Shown: one piece after another, positions 25,816 to 39,261 of the stretch
How positions within the stretch are numbered: position 1 is the stretch's first letter
Layout of the letters: each line of letters begins with the position of its first letter
Assembly: GCA_012295275.1 (NCBI GenBank)
Contig: CM022669.1
Span: 7,998,001 to 8,062,000, forward strand
Source of the DNA: Chrysomallon squamiferum
Taxonomy: Eukaryota > Animalia > Mollusca
DNA: 64,000 nucleotides
Direction: 5' to 3'
Translations under genes and position numbers: made by a program
Notes under the pieces: model-generated
Database searches by the model: none
Told to the model about the DNA's origin: nothing
Seen by the model: only the letters and a program-made list of their open reading frames with translations

Positions 25816-27891
25816 ATTTGATGTAAAATAAATAAAATAAAGATTATGTTTGTTATTTCGTTATAGACGTTCTTGATAACAACATTATTACTACGTAATT
25901 ATTGCATCCTCAGGCCCTGTATAAAAACAATGATAATTACGCGTGTAGACGCCTGCCTAGCTTTATCTATCTTCTAGCCATAACGAAATAAATACCAGTG
26001 TCTAGACGCAAAGCATAAATAAAATTAAATAGCTGCATCTAAATACTTTTATTTGTTTGATCTCTCAGTAGTTATTAAAGGTATAGTTAAACAGTCAAAA
26101 TACAAGAACAGCAATAATAGAAACAACAACCACCATCCAACAACGACGACGACGACGTCAACAACAACAACGATAATAAATTACATCAGTATCGATAATA
26201 GACTACATATTTTATTTTATAGCTGGAACCCGCGACTGATTAGTTAAATGTTTTACTTTTCTCTATGAAGTCTGTGTGTGTCTATATTGTGTGTGTGTGT
26301 CGTTTAATAAATTTGGACATTAAAATATTTTTAAGCAAATAAAATGATCAAAATAACTTTGTGTTGTTTAAATATTTTTAAATGCTGACATGTTAAATAT
26401 TTCGATAAATCATACACGTGTAAACTGAATGAAAGTATGTGGAAAAAAAAACACAGAAAAAAATCCGTTTTACTTTCCGTCATTCCTGTTCAGGTTTCAG
26501 TGTCTATCCTGCAGAGATTGTTGATCACTTTTAATGAACATTAAATGAAGACACCATGTTGTGTGTTTCCGTTTGTGCTATAACCGCCCAGCGCTTCTAA
26601 AAACAGCTTTTAATTTGTCCATTAAAACGAGTCACGTGATTTTACAAATACGACAGTAATTTTATTTAAATGACTGTATGGGAGGGTGTCTAGTCTTTTT
26701 TTTTTTTTCTTCTTTTTTTTTTTTTTTGTGAGTGGGTTTGTTGGGGTTTTTTCATCTTTTTCTACTGCTTCTTCTTCTTCTCATTACTGATCATGATTAT
26801 GATTATCATTGCTAATTTTTGTTGTTATTATTATTGGTGTTGTTATTGTTATTATATTGTTTCTGTTCTGAATGACAGAAATATACTATATATTTCGTGT
26901 ACGTGACTTAACACGGTTTTCATGTAAATGTAGTCAGGTGTTAGACTATTATCTGATATCTGAATGGCAACAGTTCTCTCACTTTTCTTCCAGACTTCAC
27001 AGAAATATTATAGACGTAGAATGACAAAGCGCTGAACATAAAACTTTTTGGAATCAAATACGCAAATATACGCTGCATCAGATGTTAGATGACGTAAATA
27101 ACAGATTCAGTTACGAACACGTCATTTGTAGCGTGTGGCTTTTTATAATAATAATAAATAATAATTTTAGTTAAGCGATTATTTATAAAAATAATATTTA
27201 TAAAAATATCAACAAAAATATTACTAATAATTTTACTTAAGCGATTATTTATAAAAATAAAATAAAACCATTATGAAATGGTTATTGTCATCATGAACAT
27301 TAAACTGATAAATTAAAATAGTTATTACAATCACCTTCATAATATTAAAAGAATAATGTTATATGATGAAATTTGTGACTGACAACGTCTTTTTTTTAGC
27401 CCATTCGTAGCTGCAAATGTGGTTATTAACGAAAACAGGCGATATTCATAAAACAACCCGAGTTTCTCCAACATAGATTTATAATCACTTTTAAATGATA
27501 CAGAATATTTGCATCTACCATCGAATAGACAAATAATAATAATAATTAAAAAAATAATAATAATAAAATTTAAAAAAAAAAAGCTTAATTTAACACTAAT
27601 CCAGTGTTTGACTTTTCATACAGTGATCATTTTGGGGTTAACTTGTAATAGAAATTATACATATACAAAAAAAAACAAAAAAACATAAACCTATAACTCC
27701 TGTTGATTTAAACTGATTTGAATAAATGGCACGTTTTCTAAATTATGTTGATGTGGGTGGGTTTTGTGGGTTTTTTGTGGTTTTTCTGTTTGATTTTGTT
27801 GTTTTTTTTTTTTTTTTTTTTGCTTACCCTTTGTCGTAGTAAAAAGAATATGTTGTTTCTGTGTTCTATACTCATATACATGGAAAGACAA

Positions 27892-28028
<137 letters not shown>

Positions 28029-29476
28029 AGGCTACAGACTGAGTGAAAGAGATATCTGTTTGTCGCATACTGAATGAGACTGTGAGATACGTACTTTGTT
28101 ATTAAATCGTATTTTAAACATTCAAACCATTCACTGATGATTCATAACATTCAGGAAAATTATTTCTTTTCTTTATGAATGTTGTGCATATTGCGTTTAA
28201 ATCTACCGACACTGGCCGAGAGGCGAAGTTCTGATGTATTTATATGCACAGTTTATTGTAACTGGCGCTATTTGTTTGTACTGTTATATAAATCTGACTT
28301 TCGGCACATACTACAAATAACATTGCCTTTTGGCAAACTGGAAGAAAGATTCTTGGAAAAATATGCTATATCCTGACTGGAAAAATGAAGCTGTGTCGTT
28401 AGGTTTATCAACAAAACAATGAGATGTACGATTGCATTAAACAGTTGTTCAGTTGTTTTGTTGTTGTTGCTTTTGTATGTGTGTTTTGTTTGGGTTTTTT
28501 TTTTTGGGGGTTGTTTTCGAGGTTTTGTTGTGAGTTTTGGTTGTTATAACTGATTATATATATATATATGTACGTGTATATATATATTTTTTTAAGAGAT
28601 AGAGACAGAGAGGGAGATAGATAAAGAAAAAAAAAGAGTAAATACACACAGAACATTCTAAAAAAATAAATAAAAAAAGTCCAAAAGAATATTTTTATCG
28701 TGTATAAATACGATAATTTTTTTTTTTTTTTTTAATTAAACTTTTAAGGTATACGACCAAACGACAATTAAAGAAGAAACCCGTTTCTGCAATGCAATGA
28801 GGAACATCTTTTTTTTAATCTTTTTTTTTTTTAAATCTTTTATTATCTAATCAGCAGGAAGTTCTCTGTTATATGCGCCCTACAACAAACAGAAAAACAC
28901 CTATTCATTTTTTTTTTTTTTTTATCTGGAATTTAAATCCATTATACCTTAGCAATTCTACAGCCAGATCCTTCTTCCTTGTACATGCGCTCGCTCGTGG
29001 GGTGGTGGGCATTTGATTACACGAACTATTTAAGCACATTAATTCTGTACTGTGATACACTTAAGGGCGGAGATAAAACAGCGTCTCGTACAGACAGTGT
29101 TTCGTACTCTCAGATATAATGAGTGGTAAGCATAAATTCATTAAACTTGAAAAGACTTCGTTGTCATCACGGTTTAGCTGTTTGGCCGTTGCTGTCGCGA
29201 AATAGTCGAGTTGTGGCAATAGTGATGATGTTGTGCCCCTTTAATTCGTGTTAATCCGATGTTTACGACGACGTGTTTGCGATACTTCTTGACTTCACCC
29301 ATCACAGCGATAACCCTCCGACCTCGCTTACTGTTTACATCTACTGGCACAGATGTTCACAGGATCTATTCTCCTCTGTGCGATTGTTGAGTTATTTCCC
29401 CGTTTTTGTTTGTGTGTGAATTGCTGCATATGTCTGTTTCTGTCCGTCTGTAAGTGTATCTATCTGTACATTTAAA

Positions 29477-29511
<35 letters not shown>

Positions 29512-29891
29512 AAATATATATATACATGCACACACACATATACGCGTACACACATACATTTAAAATATCATTATTGTTGTTTGTTGTTTTTGCTGTTATT
29601 TTAAATTAAAATAAGAAATATTAATAATATACTTGCACATCCACAACTACTTGACCTTGATACTTGAGTGGTTAAAATATTTGGTTTAGAAACCCACCCC
29701 ACCCAAAAAAAAGAAAAAAGAAGTACAAGTATTTCATAACCACTTTCATTATTCGATCTCCATTTCCAGTCAATCCCCAACAAATTGTATAAGACAGACT
29801 AAGGTTTCCGTTGTTATGGAATCCTTTATTATATGATAGAAACAATTCGCGGAGAAATGGTAACGTGATTTGTCTGTCAGAGTTTATGACA

Positions 29892-30001
29892 CCATTAGGA
29901 AACGTTCATTTAAACGAATTTTCATAAATTTACGACATGTGTCGTGACACGTCACATCACCGTGTATATTATGAAAATTTCGTTAATGTGTTTTATAATG
30001 G
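29892..30001. repeat. Imperfect ~110-bp palindrome (MITE remnant or structured RNA)
   Basis: CCATTAGGAAACGTTCATTTAAACGAATTTTCATAAATTTACG pairs with CGTGTATATTATGAAAATTTCGTTAATGTGTTTTATAATGG around an ATGTGTCGTGACACGTCACAT centre. Confidence 0.6.
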
Positions 30002-31024
30002 ACTTACATTTGTACGTGTTATCTTGATGTGTTTATTCGATGGTGAAATAGCCGGTTGCGGGTTCGGGTTCTCCGCCCCAGAGCGCTGATCTAGTATCAG
30101 CCATGTTGTAACGCGAGAAACTCACTAAAACACAATATTCTCATAGCCACAACAGGACAGATTGCACGTAGTCGAGTTATTGCATTCAAAAATTATTTTT
30201 CATATAAAAAAAAAAAAAAAAAAATTGTCAATGAATAATTCATTATACACAAGTCCATTATTTTCTTCAGCGAAAAGGTCTGAAAATTCAGATTATAAAT
30301 GGAGATTTATAACAAGTAAAAAAGAAGAAGAACTGGACCAAAATGACGAATGAATAAATATTTAATATCTCATCACATTTTATTATTAACAGTTATAGTT
30401 AGGTATTACGATGCGGCTTTTTTTCAGTGATGATGATAAGGGAGAGAGAAAATTTACTATTGGTATTCTCTTACCATTAATATCTGCACCTTTCTGGGAT
30501 GGGAAGTACACATGACGCTCTGGTAAACTAATAGTGGATTTGAATATAGCTAGGTGGACATCGAGGATCACGATTTAATTCTGTAAACTATTATGCCTCT
30601 ACTAAACTATATAATAAAAGTCGACTTCAATAACATGGAGACATGCAATACACCAGGTAATAAATGAAATAATCAATGTTTATTATGAAATCGTCCTACT
30701 GTCATCACATGATTATGCTCGTTAATACGCGCCATTCAAATATGGACAGCCAAATAAAAAAATAAAAATAAACGAATATTTTGGAAAACTTAAAACTTTA
30801 ATGCTATTAAGTTACTTAGTTAACCCTTTTTTTGGTTTTCATTATTTTAATTCTGTTATATTTATTTATTCTTTATTTCGTAGCATTATAGCCTTTGCTG
30901 TTGCCCAAATATCCTTTTACCGTAAGCAGTAACAAAACACACAAAAAAAGCACATGCCATTGATGTTGGCTGGAACAAGAATTAACCCGGTGAACACTGA
31001 GAGAGAGAGAGAGAGAGATTAATC

Positions 31025-31093
<69 letters not shown>

Positions 31094-31913
31094 ATCCTGA
31101 TAATACAAGCCCAAAGCAAGTAGCCCACCACTGAGTCATAAGGCAGTGCAGTTAGTTTATGGGAATTCAGATGAACCAGCGACATGCCGTGCCTGAGGTA
31201 ACGATTGTGTAATTTAGGCACGTCATTTCATAGCTCCCATCCTTCCATTGCATAAAGATTTTAGATGTCTGCTGTAGTTAACTGATCGCCTCGAGCTTTA
31301 AACTAGTGATTTCTTGTAGATAAAACAATATAATCTGTTACAAACCCTAGTAATTAGTTACCACTAAACCACCTACCGCCATACAGGTGGCTATTCTGAT
31401 ATAAGGGTTGAACGTTCCAGCAAACATCTTTGTTGATTCTGTGTAACTTTTGTTGTTGTTTCTACTCAATGGCGATCAGATAAGCTAGTTAGGTTATACT
31501 AATTAGGTCACGATATGCAATTTGTTTTCAGATCCTGCAAGCAATGCAGAAATTTTCAGAGTATGTTGAGATATTGTTTTAATACTGATGAGAGAATTTG
31601 AGCGCAGTCATAATGCATTTACGGAATATTTATTAAGTGATGAATGCCTACACGATTTGATACTGAGTTAATCATTCATTATATAAGGTGACACATTATA
31701 GCAATACCATAGCCTATAATTATTACTATTACTGTTCCCAACTGCAATGGCATACGTGTTTGATATACTAAAGTAATAGAAGTAGCCAAACAAGTCCAGA
31801 AAGGTTAATACAAGATGTGACATCAAGTATCCAAAATCTAACATTCGATTTTACATAAAGCATGACATGTATAATAATTATGTCTAGATGTACTAATTTG
31901 TATATAATACTAG

Positions 31914-32162
31914 TTTTATTTTTATTTTTTAACTTCTAAATAAATTCTAAAAACGTAACATGTAGTGGTACTTTTCAAACATGAACATTTGCCATCCTTT
32001 TGTAAAAGAAAATCTTCAAGGGAGATAATTTTTGATTTTTTTTTTTCATATTGATGGTTAAGAGACAAAAGTCCTGAAGCTTTTGTACGAAGTTTTGTCA
32101 GTGATATGTTTAAATAAAATCTGTTTTTCAGATCTGTCTCTAGATATACCATCTCAGTTCTC
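31914..32162 (+). repeat. Inverted duplicate of USP3 intron 9 and first 31 nt of exon 10
   Basis: Reverse complement aligns collinearly to 36965-37241, e.g. TTTTCAGATCTGTC(T/A)CTAGATATACCATCTCAGTTCTC, TTTTGTAAAAGAAAATCTTCAAGGGAGATAATTTTTG and TTTTTTAACTTCTAAATAAATTCTAAAAA. Confidence 0.92.
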
Positions 32163-34623
32163 AACTGTATGCAAATTCCATAAACTACGTAATATTTTTT
32201 ATTTTTTATACAGTCCATCTCTCATGATTTTAGATAATGAGTAACCACTCTGTAATAACTTGAATGGTAATCAAAAAACATAGTTAACAACAAAGTAAAA
32301 TTAAAGACAGATTCACAATTCTTTATTTGCTTCAAGCAAAAAATTCACTCGCTGCTCACGTTCCATTAAGCAAACCACGAAGACACATTAAATTGACAAA
32401 CTAAAATTTACAAACATGTTCCATATGGAAATAAATCTGTATAGTCACTTAGTACTTTGTTTTTATAACTGTCAAAAGAAATCTGTATTAAGTCAAATGA
32501 TTTTTTTTTTTTTTCCCCACAGATGTGAAAGGAATAATTTTTACACTTTGGAGTTAGGCACAAAATTAGTAGATTGGTTAACTATACACGAAATCTAATT
32601 GTATCTATTATTTAATTAGAGATTTTGTGGGTTTAAAAAAAAAAAAATAATAATGAATATTATGTGATATGAGCTCAGTTTAAATATATTTATACATACA
32701 GATTACCCATATGGTTTCTATATCTGTTCCCTCAAAAGGAGCAACGCGTTTTTCTATCTAAAGTTAGATTTTGATACCAAGTTCAAGATAAAAAGAAACA
32801 AAACAATAATAATAATAATTAAAAAATATAGGCCTACCACAGAACTTGTGACCCATATATGTGTACATTTTGTTCTGTGGCAGATATGGAACATCAATAA
32901 AATTGCTTACACAACCACACATAAACCGTATTAACCAATCAATATTACATGCAATCAAGAGAAAACATTTTTATTCAGACACACATGCATTCAGTAAAAC
33001 AATTACCTTGTATCCATTTTCTCTGGATTGACAATCAAAAATAATTTCTACAATTTGTACACATTTATACAGCTATGGTCGAATAACCAGTCACTTTCTA
33101 CAGGTAACACAATTACAAAAGCTAAAGGCTGGGTCCTACTGGCCAAATTTTAGGAATGTTCCATTGACAGTATTACACTGCCATGGTGTGCCAACATTTT
33201 ATATTGTATTTTAGTGTTTTAATTCAGTAAACGGTGATGTATATAGTTACTTTATTGTAATACTCGAGTGATGTTTTCAAAAACACAGTGGTAATAAATT
33301 ATTGTGGATTTGTTTCTTCATGATACAGTGAACAGGAGACTGCAAAACACTACTTAAAATAAAGACAAAGTTAACAGAGCAATAACTGCAGTGAAATAAA
33401 ATCCACACAATACCAGAAAGTCTTCTACAACTACAAACAGAAATATATACATATACATATGTATATTCAATTTCAACAAAACTGTCTGCAATCTAGAAAT
33501 GTTCCTACTCATTTTCCAAAAGATAGCATTAAGGACATTTACACTATCTATTAAGAACACAGCTGTAACACAGCTTGAAATATTTTCAATGCAACATCAT
33601 TAGCAATTTCATCACTGTTTGTAGCAATATTTGATAAAACACATAAAGAAAAACCTGTAATTTCAAAATGTGTATTGTTAACATATTTCATGTAAAATCA
33701 GTCTGGTACCTGATAATTACATCAAATTTTCAGTCACTTGATTTATTAAGTAAAAATTTAATTGCTTATTTGGGTGTTACATTTTTCAAACACTTTTTTT
33801 TAATTATCAGTAAAATAAATTTAAGAAGATACAGAATCTAATGCAAATAAAAAGGTATCTGATACAGCTATACATTCCTGTTCACTCAGAAACATGTTAG
33901 AGAATGGCTTCATACAAATGTTAAGATATTAAGTAACCAAGAAGAACAAAACACCAAATGCAAAACAGGAAAACTATAAAATAGACAAGACCATAAAAAT
34001 GTTGTTTTTATAAAAAATGAGGATAACTTAGTTAAATGCACCAAAACAAATACATAAAAGAACTATCCTCTAATGTTAAAAATGAAATTATTTCCTTTCT
34101 TTCCATACCCCATAAAAAGCCTGAAGAAAATTAAACAAATGGATTAAAAACTATATTATCTATCAGAAACCAAAATAAAGATTTGTTCTGTTGCTACTCT
34201 GTCAGTGTGGGTTACAAATTACCATAGAACACATTAAAAGAAACAAAAATAAATTATCATTCACATTCTCCTAAGTATCTGGCCACCCAACTATCTTGTC
34301 AAACCTGAGTGAAAAAAAGAAAAATAATATGATTCCAAAAAACAAAAAAAAAGAAGTTTAAATTGTTTTTCATATCTTAGTCTCATCTGTGACAGGCAGC
34401 AAACATCTATTCACACCGCTCACTACAGCAGACATGTCAAAACCGGACTCATTAGTTAACAAAAACATTTCAATCACGATTCCCTCATCCATTTAATTTC
34501 CATTTTTTTTTTTTTTTTTTTTTTTTTAAAGTACCATTTTTAACAGCGACCCAACAAGCCAGCTTGCAGGATTTTGTATGACATAATCGTCTTTTTCACT
34601 GTCATCACCTTCATCCCAAAACA

Positions 34624-37600
34624 TTAGTTTTTGTTTCCATTTATACTGAGATACTCTGGAAGCTTGATTTCTCTCCGCACATAAAACAGGATGTAACCTT
34701 TGCACTTGGCAACCGTTTCCTTCTCACAACAGGTCACAGTGCTGTCATTGAAATGGTACCATTGACCTAGATAAGAATCCAGAACGTAATAAATGCATCT
34801 GTTATCTTTACAAAATAAAGTAAACAAATCTTAAAAGTGGTTTCTAGTTTGTATATTTATCCAGTAATGAAATGTGATGTTGAAAAGAAATCTAGTATTA
34901 ATGAGCATGTCTACAATTCTTATAGAATACACAAACAAAATCTTAAAAATTGTTTTATGAAAATTAAACATTTCTGCACCAATCTAGACTGATAAACTGT
35001 ACACAAGCGACATTATGTACTGAATTTGGCTTTTTTTACATTTAACAGAAGATATAAATATGGGTAACTGCCACAACAAACACCAGCTGAACTTCCCCTC
35101 TAATTATGAAAAAGCAAAGTGATGAAAATACTAGTTCAGATATTATTTCTTAGTGCAGTTTCAAGTTTTAAAATGTTTGAACTAAAACATTTTACTGAAG
35201 TTAAAAACATATAAAACATATAAAACTCACCGTCATGCGATGCGTATGATGTATAATGGCCAGAACCAGCCCTGAAGTAAAAATATTAAAATTTTCAAAT
35301 AATAATTTTAAAAAAAACAGCAAACAAAAAAATAAATAAATAAATAAACAAAAACAACAAAAAACTGCAACTAATTCAACAACAAACAATTCACAAATAT
35401 TTATCCCTAACAGTGGACCATTTACTAATAAATATGATAATAACAGACAAAACTAGATTCCAGTATTGGAAAGATATTAAAATGTTTTAACAGGAACTCA
35501 CCCTGATCCATGGTGGACAACAACAGCAGCCAAGTCATACAGGTTACTTCCAGCAGAACTACCTCGTGTTTCATGCTGCAACATAAATATTTTAAAATTA
35601 TAATTAAAAACATTTTATTAAAAAACTAGATTTTTTTCTTTATCTAAACCTGGGAATAATGTTACAAATATTTTACTTTTGCATTTTTTTTGTAAGTTAT
35701 GTAAAAATTTTTTTATAAAATTAATGAGCTAACTAAAAAAAGTGATTCCAGTTAACAATTATTTTACATTAATAATTTTTAAATTTGCTATGGGAAACTG
35801 TAACGTTTTCAGCTGATCACAATAAGAAATGTTTTGCTGGTGTAACTACTGTTTTCAGTTTAATCAATAGTCATTCCAGTTAATTTATCAAAACTTTAAA
35901 TCATTAATTTGTGACATTTCACAAAAATTCTGTTCCAAGTTAAAAAGGGGTTATGCTGTGAATACAAGAAAGGCAACACTCACTGACTGGCAGAGAACAA
36001 ATTTTTTAAAAGTAATAAAACTCTGTTTTTTAAACTGAAGTAAATGCATTTAATGTTTCATCCTGCCACACTGACCAGATTGTTTAATACATAGCGGCTC
36101 ATGTCGAGTCCCAGCAAGGGAAAATCCACATAAGTTTCAACTTTCAGTCGATGGTAGGTCCCCCAGCGGAATCGCTTTAGATGCAGACAGAGTACCTGAA
36201 ACAATCAGTTTAATTCTAAAATATTTTTCTAAATACTTCCCAATTTATCTTAATCTATTTCCTAATTCTAAACATTAAAATGAAAATTTCAACTGAAAAT
36301 ATTATCCTGTCATCATTATTCTAAAATAGTTTCTACTCTTGTTATTATTATTAATTTTTAGATTAATGAAATATTTGTGGATAAAGATCATTTACAGGGA
36401 TGCATGTAGAAAAGTTTACAGAAACATTTAAATTATTCATTCATATAACAATAAATATAATTTGCCTTTATTTTTTTCTGTATGATATTTCAATGTTATT
36501 CTACAAAGATTAAGTGCAATGCTCATGTAAAATAACTTGATATGCAATCATGATAATGAATCCAAATATAATCAGGAAACAAATTCATTATAATATTTGC
36601 TGAATTATTTAGCAAACTGGAAATTAACAGCTGAAATAAGACTTACATTAGGCAGCCTCCGTATCCAAAACTTCTTAGTTGATTTCTGTTTCTGCTTGCA
36701 GTTACTGCACATGTAGAGTTCTGAATCTTCCAGTTCTTCCACATCAGTAAAACTGGACAGACAATCTGTAAAAAATGGATAAAACAGTTTTTTTAAAATA
36801 TATCAGAGCAAAATTTAGAAATAACAAAAGGCAAAAACATACATTTATGGGATATTGTCCAAAAACAGCCGTAACTGAAAAACTATTAGTCTATCAAACC
36901 ACTGAAGGTCTTACCTAGCAAGGTGCAAACAGGTTCTCCTTCTTTTGGTTTTGAAGACTTCATAGAGAACTGAGATGGTATATCTAGTGACAGATCTGAA
37001 AAAACCCAGAGAACTTATTTAAACATATCACTGACAAATATTCTTACAAAAGCCTCAGGACTTTTGTCTCTTAACATTCAACTATCAATATAATTTTTTT
37101 TTTTTTTAAATGTTGCAAAAATTATCTCCCTTGAAGATTTTCTTTTACAAAAGAATGGCAAAATGTTCATGTCCTTTTGAAAACTACCACTACTTTATAT
37201 TTTTAGAATTTATTTAGAAGTTAAAAAAATAAAAAATAAAAGGTAGGTAACTTGCAACTGGTCAGAGATATACCTAAGAAAGGATCGTGTTTCTTAGACT
37301 CCATCCCACATATAAGACAGTTAACTTCATTCTGCAGCAGCCCACCAAAAATGGCTGTGACAATGGTGGATTTTCCTTTTGGTCCTATGAAGGGGCTATT
37401 GTTGTTAGGATATGGCAGCAACTGCAACAGCTCAGTGTGAAGTCTGTCAAGAAGATAGCGCATGAACTCATGTGCATCCTGCTGCTGGTAGCCTCTATAG
37501 AAACAAAAATAAATAAATAAATAAATAAATAAAAATACTGAGTGATACCCTCAACTGCTGCTATATATCAGAAATTCAGAAAAGAAGTTCTGGTTGTAAA

Positions 37601-39217
37601 TGTAATCTAAAGAAAATTTTATTAATACTTTTTTTTTACCCAATATATATGTTTATGTTGACATTTAGTTGAATTTCTCATGACTTGTTTTGTTCACAAC
37701 TTGATTTTAAATATTATGCTTCAATGGGATGAATTAACCATACCCAAGGAATTCATATATTTATTAAAATTTTGTTTTGCTTTATTAATAATATAATGAA
37801 AAATGATTTAACTCTGACATTCAAATTTCATCATAAATATTCCCCAAATGGATATTTCCAGAAAAAAAAATCAGTGAAATCCACTTCGGTGTAGACAGAA
37901 ATTCCACTGTTTATTGTTTGACAACAACAAATAAATCTAACCGAAATCTTGGCACAACTTTCCATATCACATTAAAAAGTGACTCTGGAGAAATGGCTGC
38001 TTTCTGACCCTGCCACAATGACACAAGAGTTTTCCTTAACTCTTCAATCAGCAATCTGTAAAATGAAAATAAAAATGTATATGTGTTTATTTTCACACTG
38101 CTATGTGTTGTTCTTTGTAATTTTACACTGAATATAATATGACCAGTATTTCCATACAAGTTTTGAACTAAAAAAAAAAAAAAAAAAAAAAACAGTTTCC
38201 TTAACTTAGAACTTATTATTTCCTTCTCCTCCTTAAAATGGATTCTCTGTAAAAAAAATATATAAAAATATCTTAACACTACTGGTACTTACACTGTCTC
38301 ACCACTGACCATATCACGTTTCTTAGTTGAGTTGTGCATTTTTCTTTTGATCACCTTGTCTTCCAGAGATGGCAACTGTTTGATGTAGCCACAGAACTCT
38401 TGAATATTGCTGCCATTTAAACAAAAAAAGAAATCATCAAATAGATCCACTGAAAACATATCCCAATTTTTTTTTTATCTGTAATTATCACTATTGTAAC
38501 ATACATCCCATAAAATTATCTTCAATAGATTTAATTTTACAGTAATGATTTTTTAAATCAGCCAATGCAAATTATCAGACACACACACCTACACTATATC
38601 TATACTGTAACTGGTTGTCTGAATGTCTTCTAAGTTTTCCTAAAATCTTACTTCTCAGATGATTTAAAAAACAAACAAAAAAATGCAATAAATAAAACGA
38701 CAAAATGTAAGTAAAAAATCTTCACTAACCTCAAAGATTGTACTACAGCATTCATAAAACATGTATTTCCCAAATTTCTCAAGCCTGACGATCTATGAGG
38801 TCGCTGTGTTTTCTCATCCTATAAAATCATTTCATCGTCAGTTAAAACAATCATGAACATCTTATGTCAGAACAAAACTTTCAAATTTCAAGAATATAAA
38901 GAAAGATTTTCTTTTTGACTGAAAAAAGAATGAAGGGTAACATTTATTCAGTGCATTTAGAATAACAGCAATTAATTAAGAATAAAAATGTTCAAGTCAA
39001 GCTGCTGTGTAATCCTTGATTAAACTAATTTACATCTTTCATAAGTCAGCCAACCAGCAACAAAATGAACTGACAAAACAGTAAAACAAATATGCCCATA
39101 AAAAAAAAAAGCCAATATATAAAATAATACTAACTTTTTTCAGTTTTTTCTTGACATTTTCTATAGATTCAGTGGAATCTCTTCTTCGCCTTTCTTTCCT
39201 GTGATTTTGAGCACTAG

Positions 39218-39261
<44 letters not shown>

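Noticed and set aside
29174-29302. 42-aa minus-strand ORF MGEVKKYRKHVVVNIGL...
   Set aside because: Short, with no recognisable homology or supporting gene structure.
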